From contig JBEKOM010000001.1 of assembly GCA_049521795.1 (NCBI GenBank), positions 416,001-480,000 on the forward strand: a stretch of DNA of 64,000 nucleotides, written 5' to 3'. Shown here piece after piece: positions 21,267 to 30,080 of this stretch (position 1 is the stretch's first letter; each line of letters opens with the position of its first letter). The notes under the pieces were generated by a model that did not search any database, was not told the origin of the DNA, and was given only the letters and a program-made list of their open reading frames with translations. This DNA is from Candidatus Bathyarchaeia archaeon (GTDB taxonomy: Archaea > Thermoproteota > Bathyarchaeia > Bathyarchaeales > Bathycorpusculaceae). The translations under genes and the position numbers were made by a program.

Positions 21267-22109
21267 CTATTTCTGGCATTTTGGGCAGACAAACACTTTG
21301 CCTCCTCCAAGACTCAGCTCTTCTATAGGAGTGTGGCAAACTGGACAGTTCTGTTTTCTCATGTTCGGGCCCATGGCTGAAACGTAGCGGCCTTGCTTCT
21401 GATGAAGATCCGAGAACTGGTTTTTGCCGTTCAACCGGATTCTCTCGTGAAGCACAAGTTTGACGGCATCGTAAAGTGCTCTTTGCTCATCTGAGTTTAA
21501 CTCTGAGGCCTTTCTTTTCGGATGCAGTTTAGCTCTGTATATGATGTCTTGAAAGGCGCTGTTACTCAACCCAACCACTACAGCATCTTTTCCAACAAGA
21601 ATCGATTTGAGCGCCTTGTTATTGTCCTGCAAAAGCTTGGAGAAATTGTTGAATGTAAACGTCTCATCTATGGGTGACAGTATATCTGGGTTGAAGTCTC
21701 GTTTGTACATGTAAGAGTCCATAAGCTCATCATCCCTAAGCACGTGGATCCCTCCCATGCTGGTGAGCCTCACCGTCAAAGCAGTTCCGTCAGAGAAATC
21801 TATTCTCAGGTGGAATTCCCTTGGAACGGTTGCTCCATGTGAGTGATAAAAAACTTCGCCGCCGTACTCAGGACTAAGAATGAGGTTCAGCTTCGCATCA
21901 AGTTCTATACGAATAGTGTTACCCCTGGAAGTGACAGATTCAATCTTTCTGCCCATAAGTTGGTTAAAAGATTTGATATCTTTGTTCATGAATCCAATCT
22001 TCTGCAATCGTTCGTAGTCTCGTAAATGATGACTATTGATGCGTTTGCCTTCGAGTTCTTTGTTCATTTGTTCTGCTAGAATTTTGGCTTCTGGAAGTTC
22101 AATACTCAT
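21267..22109 (-). CDS. Fpg/Nei DNA glycosylase-like protein (atypical active site)
   Basis: ELPE N-terminus, H2TH (VGLSN...DIIYRAKLHP), C-terminal CPVC...CPKCQ zinc finger. Confidence 0.8.
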   Translation of the reverse strand: MSIELPEAKILAEQMNKELEGKRINSHHLRDYERLQKIGFMNKDIKSFNQLMGRKIESVTSRGNTIRIELDAKLNLILSPEYGGEVFYHSHGATVPREFHLRIDFSDGTALTVRLTSMGGIHVLRDDELMDSYMYKRDFNPDILSPIDETFTFNNFSKLLQDNNKALKSILVGKDAVVVGLSNSAFQDIIYRAKLHPKRKASELNSDEQRALYDAVKLVLHERIRLNGKNQFSDLHQKQGRYVSAMGPNMRKQNCPVCHTPIEELSLGGGKVFVCPKCQK

Positions 22110-22283
22110 CTTGAGTCTCCATTGTTACTCGTCTTGGCAAACGAGTCCTTAAATGGTTTTGCAAACATCGCGAGCACTGTGGATGCACACGACGAGCCTA
22201 CCTCTTTCCAAACCTCTTAGTTCCCTATGAGCAAAAACCTTATTCATTGTTCTATCTATTCTTGAGTGGTGATTGCATTGGGT

Positions 22284-22370
22284 ATGGGAAGCGCCAAGAA
22301 TAAACCGATGACTAAGAAAGAACGAGAAGAGAAAAGGAAGAAACACAAGGAAAAACGGTTAAAGAAGTAG
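22284..22370 (+). CDS. 28-aa highly basic microprotein MGSAKNKPMTKKEREEKRKKHKEKRLKK
   Basis: Clean ATG...TAG frame with upstream GAGTGGTGA RBS-like sequence; below the ORF-track cutoff. Confidence 0.55.
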   Translation: MGSAKNKPMTKKEREEKRKKHKEKRLKK

Positions 22371-22584
22371 TCTCAGTCATCATGCGTTTATTCTTAACGT
22401 GCTCTATCGAGCGCACGACGACTATCTCTTTTCAACTTCTTTGTTCTTTGAATCCTCTCTGAAACGATATCATTGTTCAACCACTTCTATCATTGTTCGA
22501 TCGATCCATCAGTTTCGATCACGGCAAAGCATGCGCAATTTTAATAGACGTGAGAGCATAGTCTAATCTTAAGGAGGGTGAATT

Positions 22585-22716
22585 GTGCCCAAAGGCAAGA
22601 ATGAGAAAGCTATGGATCATAAACGTCACATGAAATTGCAGAGAGAGAAGGAACTGAAAAGGAAAGAGAAACGGAATGTTGAGCTCCCTGCGGAATATAA
22701 TAAAGGTAAGAAATAG
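22585..22716 (+). CDS. 43-aa basic microprotein MPKGKNEKAMDHKRHMKLQREKELKRKEKRNVELPAEYNKGKK
   Basis: Strong RBS AAGGAGGGTGA just before GTG, TTTTAATA TATA-like box near 22539, clean frame ending in TAG. Confidence 0.65.
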   Translation: MPKGKNEKAMDHKRHMKLQREKELKRKEKRNVELPAEYNKGKK

Positions 22717-23032
22717 CGCGCGAGATTAGCGCAATAGTCTATCTCTTTTCAGTCTCTTAATTCTCTCAAGCCTCTTCATGAGGTAGCCACCTGACACGTC
22801 CCTTGATTAAGTCTGCTATTCTGCAGTGCTTTCGCAAGCTTCCTAGCTTCATTATTGCTTCTTTCAAGGACGCTTCAGAGATTTTTGATGTGCTAGGGAC
22901 ATACTTGGGTATTTTCTTGATGCGTTCTCTGCTCGAGGTCGGTTGAAAACAGTGTCATTAGTGCAGACAAAATTCTCTTATTCGCTGATCTCTTTATATT
23001 GCTAAAAACCCATAAGCATTGAGGTTTGAAAT

Positions 23033-23428
23033 ATGGATCCAACCGTAAAGGCAGGAATTTCCGGCTTTTTGTTGGCAATCGTCATCAACCTCTTTTCGCC
23101 TGTGTTCCTTTATTTTGTTCCCTCTCTTTTGGCTGCAATATTGGCGGTATACTTTTTCAGGCTTGGCACGCTCAAAGACGGACTGGTGGCCGCCTTCATG
23201 GTTTACATCTTTAACGACGGGATTTTGGGCACAGTCAGTCTGGCATCGTTCTATGCGGAGAACAAACCCTACCCATCGTTCAATGTTGACGTTTGGACCA
23301 TGTTCTCCCCATTGGTCTCGGCAGTTACAGCCGTGATTGCGGCGTACGTAGGAGTGTGGCTTACTCAAGTAAGGAAGCCGCCTCCAGGGTTGCCTTCGGC
23401 GCCTTCTCCGCAGTTGCCGCCTGCTTAG
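23033..23428 (+). CDS. Small multi-pass membrane protein
   Basis: About 4 hydrophobic segments and a Pro-rich tail. Confidence 0.7.
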   Translation: MDPTVKAGISGFLLAIVINLFSPVFLYFVPSLLAAILAVYFFRLGTLKDGLVAAFMVYIFNDGILGTVSLASFYAENKPYPSFNVDVWTMFSPLVSAVTAVIAAYVGVWLTQVRKPPPGLPSAPSPQLPPA

Positions 23429-23477
23429 GCGTGTTCCGCCAAAGACTCTAGAGTGAAGAAAGAAGTATTCTAGAATT

Positions 23478-24122
23478 TTAGTTTTCCGCGAATTCTTCTC
23501 CAGGTTTAAGCAGGATTACTTTGGTTTTGGATTTTGCTTCCACGTCGTTCTTGAATTCGCTGGGATTCGTTTTCCACATGTGCATTGGGATGACGAATTC
23601 TGGTTTGATTGCCAACGCCGCTTCTGCGGCCTCAGGGTTGTCCATGGTATAGGTTCCGCCGCTGGGAAGTAACGCGAGGTAGACGTTTCTGAGGTTTCTC
23701 ATCTCAGGAATTAAGTCTGTGTCTCCTGCATGATAGATGGTTTTGTCCCCTATCGTTATCAGATATCCGACTCCGAAGCCTTTCGGATGGAACGGGTTGC
23801 CTGGAGACCTGAACCTCTTGTAGTTGTAAGCTGCTACGGCTTCCACCGTGATGGCTCCGAAAGAAGCTTTTTCTCCGGGCTTAAGCGATTTCACTTTTCC
23901 TCCTATCTTCGAGACGCAATCGGCCGGGGCAATGACTAAGGTGTCTTCTTTTCGGATCTTCTTTATTTTCGACTTGTCACAATGGTCGTCATGGGAGTGG
24001 GAGACCAGTATCAGGTCCGCTTTCTCCTTGTATTCTCCTTCAAAAGGATCGATGTAAATTGTCTTATCATCGGCCTTTATCTCAAAGCTCGCGTGCCCCA
24101 ACCATTTGACTGAAATACCCAT
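23478..24122 (-). CDS. MBL-fold metallo-hydrolase
   Basis: WLGHASF, SHSHDDH, YHAGDT and IPMH motifs. Confidence 0.9.
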   Translation of the reverse strand: MGISVKWLGHASFEIKADDKTIYIDPFEGEYKEKADLILVSHSHDDHCDKSKIKKIRKEDTLVIAPADCVSKIGGKVKSLKPGEKASFGAITVEAVAAYNYKRFRSPGNPFHPKGFGVGYLITIGDKTIYHAGDTDLIPEMRNLRNVYLALLPSGGTYTMDNPEAAEAALAIKPEFVIPMHMWKTNPSEFKNDVEAKSKTKVILLKPGEEFAEN

Positions 24123-24197
24123 CTTAAACCAGCCCAGTGGACGGCTATTTTTGTGGAAGTATTACTTAAAGTCTTCAGGCGCTTTAGGTCATCGGGT

Positions 24198-25061
24198 TTA
24201 ATGAGGCGAGGATCTTTCTCTTTGGAGAAGTTCGTTTACCGCATTGCCGAGGGCATCGCATGCGGCTCGTCTGGTTTCGAGAGAGCCGTCGATCTCTAGG
24301 TTCTCGATCTCTTTCTGTAGATCTGTTGTCTGCTCGATGATGGGCTGCTTCCTCTTCTCGTATTCATCTCGGAGCTTCTCTCCTTCGGCACTGAAGTTTT
24401 GCATAGCTAATTCGAGCTCCCTTTGTTCAGAGTTCAGTCTCTGGGTTGTCTCTGCCTCTTTTTGTGCCTTGGCCTTTTCTGAGAAGCGTCTGAAGATGCC
24501 CGTTTTCATTCGAGCTATGTGATCCAGCTCTTCTTTGAAACCATCAATATTGCTTGACAGCCGCTTGTTTTCATTGGCTTTCCGCCCTTCGATCTCTCTC
24601 GTCTTAGCGGTGTATTCTTCTTCTATTCGTTCAAGAAGAATTCTATGTTCCGAGAGGCCTTTGATAATTCTGTCCAGCGTGGCCTCCTCGCGCCGTCTTT
24701 CCTCAAGGCTGGCTTCAACATTTGTTAGTATCTGTGAACGTTCCTTCAAGAACTGTCCATCCACGCTTATGGTGGGACTTGACTCAAACTCGGACATTAC
24801 GTCTCTCAGGTCTACAAGCCACTGGCCGAAGTACTCGCTGAATGGAGAAAGGGCAAATCTCTGGTTTCCCAGGCTGTGTAGCCTGTTCCGAGTTTTGTCC
24901 GATACTTCTTCGAGGGTCGGAACATGATTCTCCTCTGACACGTAGATGCTGCTCGACCAGCGTTTTTCTCGCGTAGCTTTGGCCTTGGCCTTTTTACGTT
25001 GCTGCCCTCCGTGTCCTCGGCCGGAGCTTCCGGGTGACCTATTCCGCGATTGGTATCCCAT
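24198..25061 (-). CDS. Coiled-coil hypothetical protein with basic N-terminus
   Basis: 287-aa ORF with heptad-like E/K/R/L-rich central and C-terminal region. Confidence 0.7.
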   Translation of the reverse strand: MGYQSRNRSPGSSGRGHGGQQRKKAKAKATREKRWSSSIYVSEENHVPTLEEVSDKTRNRLHSLGNQRFALSPFSEYFGQWLVDLRDVMSEFESSPTISVDGQFLKERSQILTNVEASLEERRREEATLDRIIKGLSEHRILLERIEEEYTAKTREIEGRKANENKRLSSNIDGFKEELDHIARMKTGIFRRFSEKAKAQKEAETTQRLNSEQRELELAMQNFSAEGEKLRDEYEKRKQPIIEQTTDLQKEIENLEIDGSLETRRAACDALGNAVNELLQRERSSPH

Positions 25062-25139
25062 GAAGAGAACCTCTGGTATTTGAGTATTTAAGGCGTTATC
25101 AAGTCTTGGTTTGTGCGACGATTAGCTCGGCTTGGAACG

Positions 25140-25883
25140 TTAGAATAGCACTTGGCAGGGTGTTCCTTCCCTTTCAAAGGCAGCGGCAAGTTCTCTTTTC
25201 TCGGAGGCAAAGAAATCGGCAGTCATTGCGTATTGCAATTTGAATTTTCTGTACACCCAGTCTGCGTAATGATAGTTCATCTTATCGATGAGCACATGGT
25301 CCGTTCTTCTTCTTAGAAGAGCTGGCAGACCTTCTGCTTTCGGCAGCAGCGGTGCTATCATCGCGAAGGTTCTGATGCCTGCTGAACGAAGTTTCATCAG
25401 CGTTTCGATCCTTTCGCTGATCGGCGGCGAGTTGGGTTCAAAGACCTTTCTGACACCGTCGTCTGCTGTGGTAATCGTGACTCCGACTTCTACGTCGTTG
25501 ATTTTCTTGAGCAGGTCTACGTCTCGGTTCACGAGTGAGGATTTTGTCTGAACGGTAACGGGCCAAACGTGTTTCGAGAGAACCATTAGGCACTTCTTCG
25601 TGAGCTCGTATTTCTTCTCCAGAGGTTGGTAAGGGTCGCAGGTTCCACTCATCCAGACTCTGCCCGCTGTCTTCTTTTTCAACTCCGCTTGTAGCAGGCT
25701 AGGTGCATTGATCTTTGCATCCACGAACTCGCCCCACTCTTCCTTGTGACCAGTGTACCTCTTCATAAAACGTGCATAACAGTACGTGCAGCCGTGCTCA
25801 CAACCAATGTAAGGGTTAACGGAATAGTCAAAGACCTTCGATTTTGACAGAATGGTCTTCGCATAGACTTCTTTGACAATCAT
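25140..25883 (-). CDS. Radical SAM protein (SPL-like/Rv2578c-like)
   Basis: NPYIGCEHGCTYCYA, DPYQPLE, TKS and FEP motifs. Confidence 0.88.
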   Translation of the reverse strand: MIVKEVYAKTILSKSKVFDYSVNPYIGCEHGCTYCYARFMKRYTGHKEEWGEFVDAKINAPSLLQAELKKKTAGRVWMSGTCDPYQPLEKKYELTKKCLMVLSKHVWPVTVQTKSSLVNRDVDLLKKINDVEVGVTITTADDGVRKVFEPNSPPISERIETLMKLRSAGIRTFAMIAPLLPKAEGLPALLRRRTDHVLIDKMNYHYADWVYRKFKLQYAMTADFFASEKRELAAAFEREGTPCQVLF

Positions 25884-26083
25884 TTACGGTCAACTACTTC
25901 CAAGAACTGGTTGACGTATGCAAAGAGTTTGGGCGAGGCTCTTGTGGTTCCGGCATGTTTACACTGAAAACAGATATGATGCGGTAGGCTATTAAATGAG
26001 CCCCTTTCATAGTGTGAGCTACGTGCATGGTCGCCGTTGCTTCTATATACCTGAGTTGCTGAAATGAAGTGTCTGTGAGGAAC

Positions 26084-26476
26084 ATGATGTTTGTTCACGC
26101 GAGCATCAGAACGAGCGATATGGACAGGTCAATCGACTTCTACACTAGGCTGCTGGGGCTCAAACTCGTGGGTCGACACGAAATACCGCAGAACAACGCT
26201 GAAATCGCTTTTCTGCAGGACCCGGCTGAAAAAGGAGCAAAGCTTGAACTGACCTTCTATAGGAAACAGAAAAAGTTCATCCAACCCGACTACGAAGACC
26301 GACTGTTCGACCACATCGCCTTCGAAATCAAAGACATGAACCAAACCATATCCGACATGCGAAAGAACAAGGTCACGGTCACCGATGAACCCTTCAAACT
26401 TGGCCCAACGGGCCCGCTGATAGCATTCATAGAGGACCCTGATGGCACACTGATCGAACTCATCGAAAGAAAGTAG
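26084..26476 (+). CDS. VOC family protein (lactoylglutathione lyase-like)
   Basis: HASIRTSDMDRSIDFY, LELT, HIAF and FIEDPDGTLIELIE motifs. Confidence 0.88.
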   Translation: MMFVHASIRTSDMDRSIDFYTRLLGLKLVGRHEIPQNNAEIAFLQDPAEKGAKLELTFYRKQKKFIQPDYEDRLFDHIAFEIKDMNQTISDMRKNKVTVTDEPFKLGPTGPLIAFIEDPDGTLIELIERK

Positions 26477-26707
26477 CTCATCAACGGTCCAGCTAAACCC
26501 TCACTATCCTTGCCCAGACTCTCGGCTGAACCCTCAGTACATGCTCTGCTTCAAACCTGTCCAAATCCACTAGGGCCCTCGACGACGCCTACTTGCAGTA
26601 CTAGTACCCTGGGGGAAGGGGGTGAAATAGAAGGGGAAAAACGCGAAACACTGCATGTTAAACCATCTGTCAAAACGCTTTTTAAGCATAAGTGACCTGT
26701 CTTGCGC

Positions 26708-27664
26708 ATGGCAGCTAGAAGGATCAGTCCTCTCAATGCGTTATTGATGCTGTGCTTGATCACGTTCTGGGGAAGCTCCTTCGTCGTTGTGAAGATAACG
26801 CTTCTTGAAGGGTTGACACCGATTTCAATCGCGACGTTCAGGTTTCTCCTCGCGAGCGTCATGTTTCTGGCTGCGCTCCTGGTCAACAAAGGCGTTAATC
26901 GCAACTACGCGTTGCGCGTTGAGAACAAGGACTTGCCGAAGCTGCTTCTACTCGCGCTTACAGGCGTCACGTTCTTCTTCGTCATACAGTACACGGGCAT
27001 TCAGATGGCAAGTGCCTCGATGGCCGCAATCTTGGTCTGTCTTCTCTCGCCGATCCTGATCACCGTCTTCTCCGCGCGCATGCTCAAAGAACGTCTGGCA
27101 CGAAGACAGGTTCTCGGAATCGGAGTAGCCGCGGCTGGAACACTCACAGTTATCGCGGGAAGCTCCATGAGCCTCGAGAGTAACACGAGATTCTTCGTCG
27201 GAACTCTAATTCTGCTCTCCACGCCTTTACTTTGGGCAACGTACACCGTGATCGGAAAAAAGGTGATGGAGAAATACAGCCCCTTTCTCGTCTCAGCCTA
27301 CGTGAACATACTTGGCGGCCTGTGTTTACTCCCCTTTGCCACGGCTGAAAACTCCATCGGTAGAATAACGACGATGAGTCTTCAAGGCTGGTCAGCGATC
27401 CTTTATCTAGCCTTCACCTGTTCCCTGCTGGGATATTCTATCTGGCTTTACGTAGCCAACCAGGTCAAGGCGGCAGTGGTCAGTTCATTCATGTTCGCAG
27501 AACCGTTGATAACGGTCATGTTCGCAACCAGGTTTGCAGGGGAAACGGTGACGCTTTTCACGGCGGCAGGTGGCTTGCTGATTTTCATCGGCGTCTACTT
27601 CGTGTCTAGGAAGCAAACAGGGCTGAATCGTAGCCGAGCAGTGCAAGGACCTTCCTCGGGTTAA
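26708..27664 (+). CDS. EamA/DMT family transporter
   Basis: FWGSSF...RF, two EamA repeats, about 10 TM segments. Confidence 0.88.
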   Translation: MAARRISPLNALLMLCLITFWGSSFVVVKITLLEGLTPISIATFRFLLASVMFLAALLVNKGVNRNYALRVENKDLPKLLLLALTGVTFFFVIQYTGIQMASASMAAILVCLLSPILITVFSARMLKERLARRQVLGIGVAAAGTLTVIAGSSMSLESNTRFFVGTLILLSTPLLWATYTVIGKKVMEKYSPFLVSAYVNILGGLCLLPFATAENSIGRITTMSLQGWSAILYLAFTCSLLGYSIWLYVANQVKAAVVSSFMFAEPLITVMFATRFAGETVTLFTAAGGLLIFIGVYFVSRKQTGLNRSRAVQGPSSG

Positions 27665-28391
27665 AAACGCTGAACGCTGCCCTCCTCAGATTCTTCCCCA
27701 TCCTCGGAATCAAACCGGCAGCATCCGTGCCCAGCTTGCACAGAACCGCGTGCTCAAACATCCCTAAGGACTCGACATTGACGATGTCACGGTTCAACTC
27801 TGCCCTTCTTATGGCCGAATTGACTTCACCGTAGGAAGCTCCGAGAATCAGTAACCTGTCGAGCAGGGAACGCGTCCAACCCGCGTACTGTTCCTGCTGC
27901 TTCTCAGACAGCTCAGCTTCAATGTACCCTTTCTCGAAGTCAGCGCTAGTGACTCTGATGTGTAACGGTAGGTTTTCACAGAAACCGAAAAGCTCAACCA
28001 TCTTGCTAAAGGTCATCTTTCTCCCATCACCTAGCTGGGCCTGAAGCCGATCCAGCGGAACCGCAGCTTCAGCGCGGCTTGGGGAAGAAACTCCTATGTC
28101 AACCAAGAGCTCATTATTGCTTTTCGATAGGTCTGCAACGTATCCTTTGAGGGTTGAATACTTCCTGATCTCCTCTAAGCCTGCTGGGCAAAGCCCGATG
28201 TTGTCGGCCAGATAGCGGACGGCCACGTTCTCGTCTTCGCCGGAAATCGACACTTGAATCCACCCGAGTGAATCGGTCTCGAGCATGCTGGTCTCAACCT
28301 TCAACCCGCTCAACATAGACCGCAAGTTTCCGTCAACTTGGTCTAATTGAGAATTGTTGTAGATTCTGGTAAGCAGGGTTACGGAAGGCAA
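27606..28391 (-). CDS. DUF2110-like archaeal conserved protein
   Basis: ISGEDE, VDIG and CKLGTDAAGLIP motifs; conserved position after the HD gene; TTG start overlaps the upstream stop. Confidence 0.7.
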   Translation of the reverse strand: MPSVTLLTRIYNNSQLDQVDGNLRSMLSGLKVETSMLETDSLGWIQVSISGEDENVAVRYLADNIGLCPAGLEEIRKYSTLKGYVADLSKSNNELLVDIGVSSPSRAEAAVPLDRLQAQLGDGRKMTFSKMVELFGFCENLPLHIRVTSADFEKGYIEAELSEKQQEQYAGWTRSLLDRLLILGASYGEVNSAIRRAELNRDIVNVESLGMFEHAVLCKLGTDAAGLIPRMGKNLRRAAFSVFNPRKVLALLGYDSALFAS

Positions 28392-28921
28392 TCGCAGTCG
28401 CCGACCAGAGCCAACATTTCTTCGTGCATTTTCCAAATTCTCTCAATTGCAGCAGGCGGCAGCTCCTGTGAAAGCTGGTCTATAGTTTTCTCTATCGGAA
28501 CGCGGCGTGAGCCTTCAACAAGCTTGTCTGAGTAGCAGACGATTTTTTCTTCAAGCGTCTGTGGAACGTACACGCCTTTGGGCCACCCGAGCTTCTTTGC
28601 CTCTCTTGCCGTTATCCCGCCGCCTACGTGTTTCTCGATAATTGATACAACCTGCTCCGGAAGGCCCAGGGACCTTGCGATTTCTGCCCCGATCATTGCG
28701 TGATGTACACTGTGCGTCTTGCCTCGTCCAATGTCATGTAATAGTCCTCCAACCTCGACGAGTTTCAGATCAACATGAGAACCGCTTTTCTGACACGCTT
28801 CAGCGATCTCGCAGGCAAGCTCAGAAACTTTTTCAGCGTGTCTTACAACGTTCTCGCGGCATCCGCTCTGCCTGAGAAACTGCAATGCTTCTTCTCTCGT
28901 AGGGAGCTTTTCACTCACCAA
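28379..28921 (-). CDS. HD-domain protein (TIGR00295-like)
   Basis: LLHDIGR, HVGGG and PQTLEEKIVCYSDKL motifs. Confidence 0.85.
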   Translation of the reverse strand: MVSEKLPTREEALQFLRQSGCRENVVRHAEKVSELACEIAEACQKSGSHVDLKLVEVGGLLHDIGRGKTHSVHHAMIGAEIARSLGLPEQVVSIIEKHVGGGITAREAKKLGWPKGVYVPQTLEEKIVCYSDKLVEGSRRVPIEKTIDQLSQELPPAAIERIWKMHEEMLALVGDCDCLP

Positions 28922-29423
28922 GCTCCTTCCTCAGTGTTTCGACCTTCTTTCCCAGTGCTTCAAGGATCTTGTCGTTGTCGTAGTGCATCAACGGTTTTCC
29001 GCATGTTGGGCACTTGAAAACCAGTTCCACAGCTTCTTCAAACGGGATCCGCTTACATCCCGGCGTATCGCAATAGTAGAAGTCATGGTTTTTCTCGAAC
29101 TCCAGTCGAACGTTGAGTTTTTCAAGAACTCGACGTTTTTGGCTCTGTATGAAACCTTCCAGCTGGTCAGACTGTAGCCTCCAATGAAAAATGAACCAGC
29201 CAGTCTTCGGGTCGCGTGTTCGCCTCAAGCTTACAAGAGAATGGTCATAAAGCTTGTAGAGGATCTTGCGAACCGAGTTCAGCCTTATGCCCGTCTTGCT
29301 CGCTATCTCATCGTCTGTTGTTTCCGCTGCGTTTTTGAGAATTTCAATGAGCTTGATGGCATCCTCCTCGCCTAGGGCTTGTGCAACTCTAGTTAGTGTT
29401 GCGTCGTCTATGTTGGACAACAT
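28911..29423 (-). CDS. tfe: Transcription factor E (TFIIE alpha)
   Basis: TDDEIA....VRKILYKL winged helix, RDPKTGW and a zinc ribbon (FKCPTCG). Confidence 0.93.
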   Translation of the reverse strand: MLSNIDDATLTRVAQALGEEDAIKLIEILKNAAETTDDEIASKTGIRLNSVRKILYKLYDHSLVSLRRTRDPKTGWFIFHWRLQSDQLEGFIQSQKRRVLEKLNVRLEFEKNHDFYYCDTPGCKRIPFEEAVELVFKCPTCGKPLMHYDNDKILEALGKKVETLRKELGE

Positions 29424-29515
29424 GGTGTTCCTTTTGTTTCCCCTCTTCAACGCTGGTCTCTATAATGTATAGTGTGCATGATTCGACCTTAAATCTCTTT
29501 AGAAAAAAAGCAGAA

Positions 29516-30067
29516 TCACACCGTCTGCTCATTCACGATCTTCTTTCCTCTTGCTTGAGGAATGATTTTGAAGTGCGCGTTCTCGAACCTGTTCGTCAGT
29601 TCCTTTCCCTTGAAAAAACGATCAAGGAAAACCGCCAAACTTGCACATTCCGAATGAGGCTGGTTTCCGACTGCCACGTTGAAGTCTGACACAGCTTCGG
29701 AGAAGAATTCGCCAGGCACTTTCTGACTTCCAACGATGACCAAAACATCCTTTCCTGAAGTCTTGATCTTCTCTATCGCATCGCTGGTTTCAACGTTTTC
29801 TCCATAAGCCGTCAAATGGACAACGAGGCCGCCGTTGACTCTCCAACCGTGAACAGCTCTCTTCCAAGGAGTTCCCATCTCAAAAAAGAAGGGGCCTCCC
29901 CATTCTCGAGTGACTTTTTCAATCGAGTCCTTAATCTTGACGTCGTTTGCGTCTGAGAGTATTAGGCCAGCGGCTCCGAAAGCCCTAGCTGCCAGCGCAA
30001 CGTGCGATGTTAGCCTTGCGTCTCTCAGCGGTCTGTGACCCCATCTCAGAACAACCACTCGAGGCAT
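29516..30067 (-). CDS. trm56: tRNA (cytidine56-2'-O)-methyltransferase
   Basis: LRWGHRPLRDAR, HLTAYG, GSQKVP and VGNQPHSE motifs. Confidence 0.92.
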   Translation of the reverse strand: MPRVVVLRWGHRPLRDARLTSHVALAARAFGAAGLILSDANDVKIKDSIEKVTREWGGPFFFEMGTPWKRAVHGWRVNGGLVVHLTAYGENVETSDAIEKIKTSGKDVLVIVGSQKVPGEFFSEAVSDFNVAVGNQPHSECASLAVFLDRFFKGKELTNRFENAHFKIIPQARGKKIVNEQTV

Positions 30068-30080
30068 ATTCTCTCCTTTC

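Larger units (their letters stand above)
21107..22760 (+). repeat. Dispersed intergenic repeat, consensus about GC(A/G)CACGACGA..CTA(T/C)CTCTTTTCAA.CTCTT
   Basis: Copies at about 21107-21174, 22184-22220, 22408-22485 and 22739-22760 (core only), all in the same orientation. Confidence 0.75.

Noticed and set aside
21107-22760. CRISPR array, because the repeat's reverse complement contains ATTGAAAAG
   Set aside because: Copies are degenerate, spaced 200-1100 nt apart and separated by genes; no cas genes are present.
17662-26500. tRNA-Val-integrated provirus or ICE
   Set aside because: I found no integrase, no viral genes and no second copy of the tRNA 3' end by eye.
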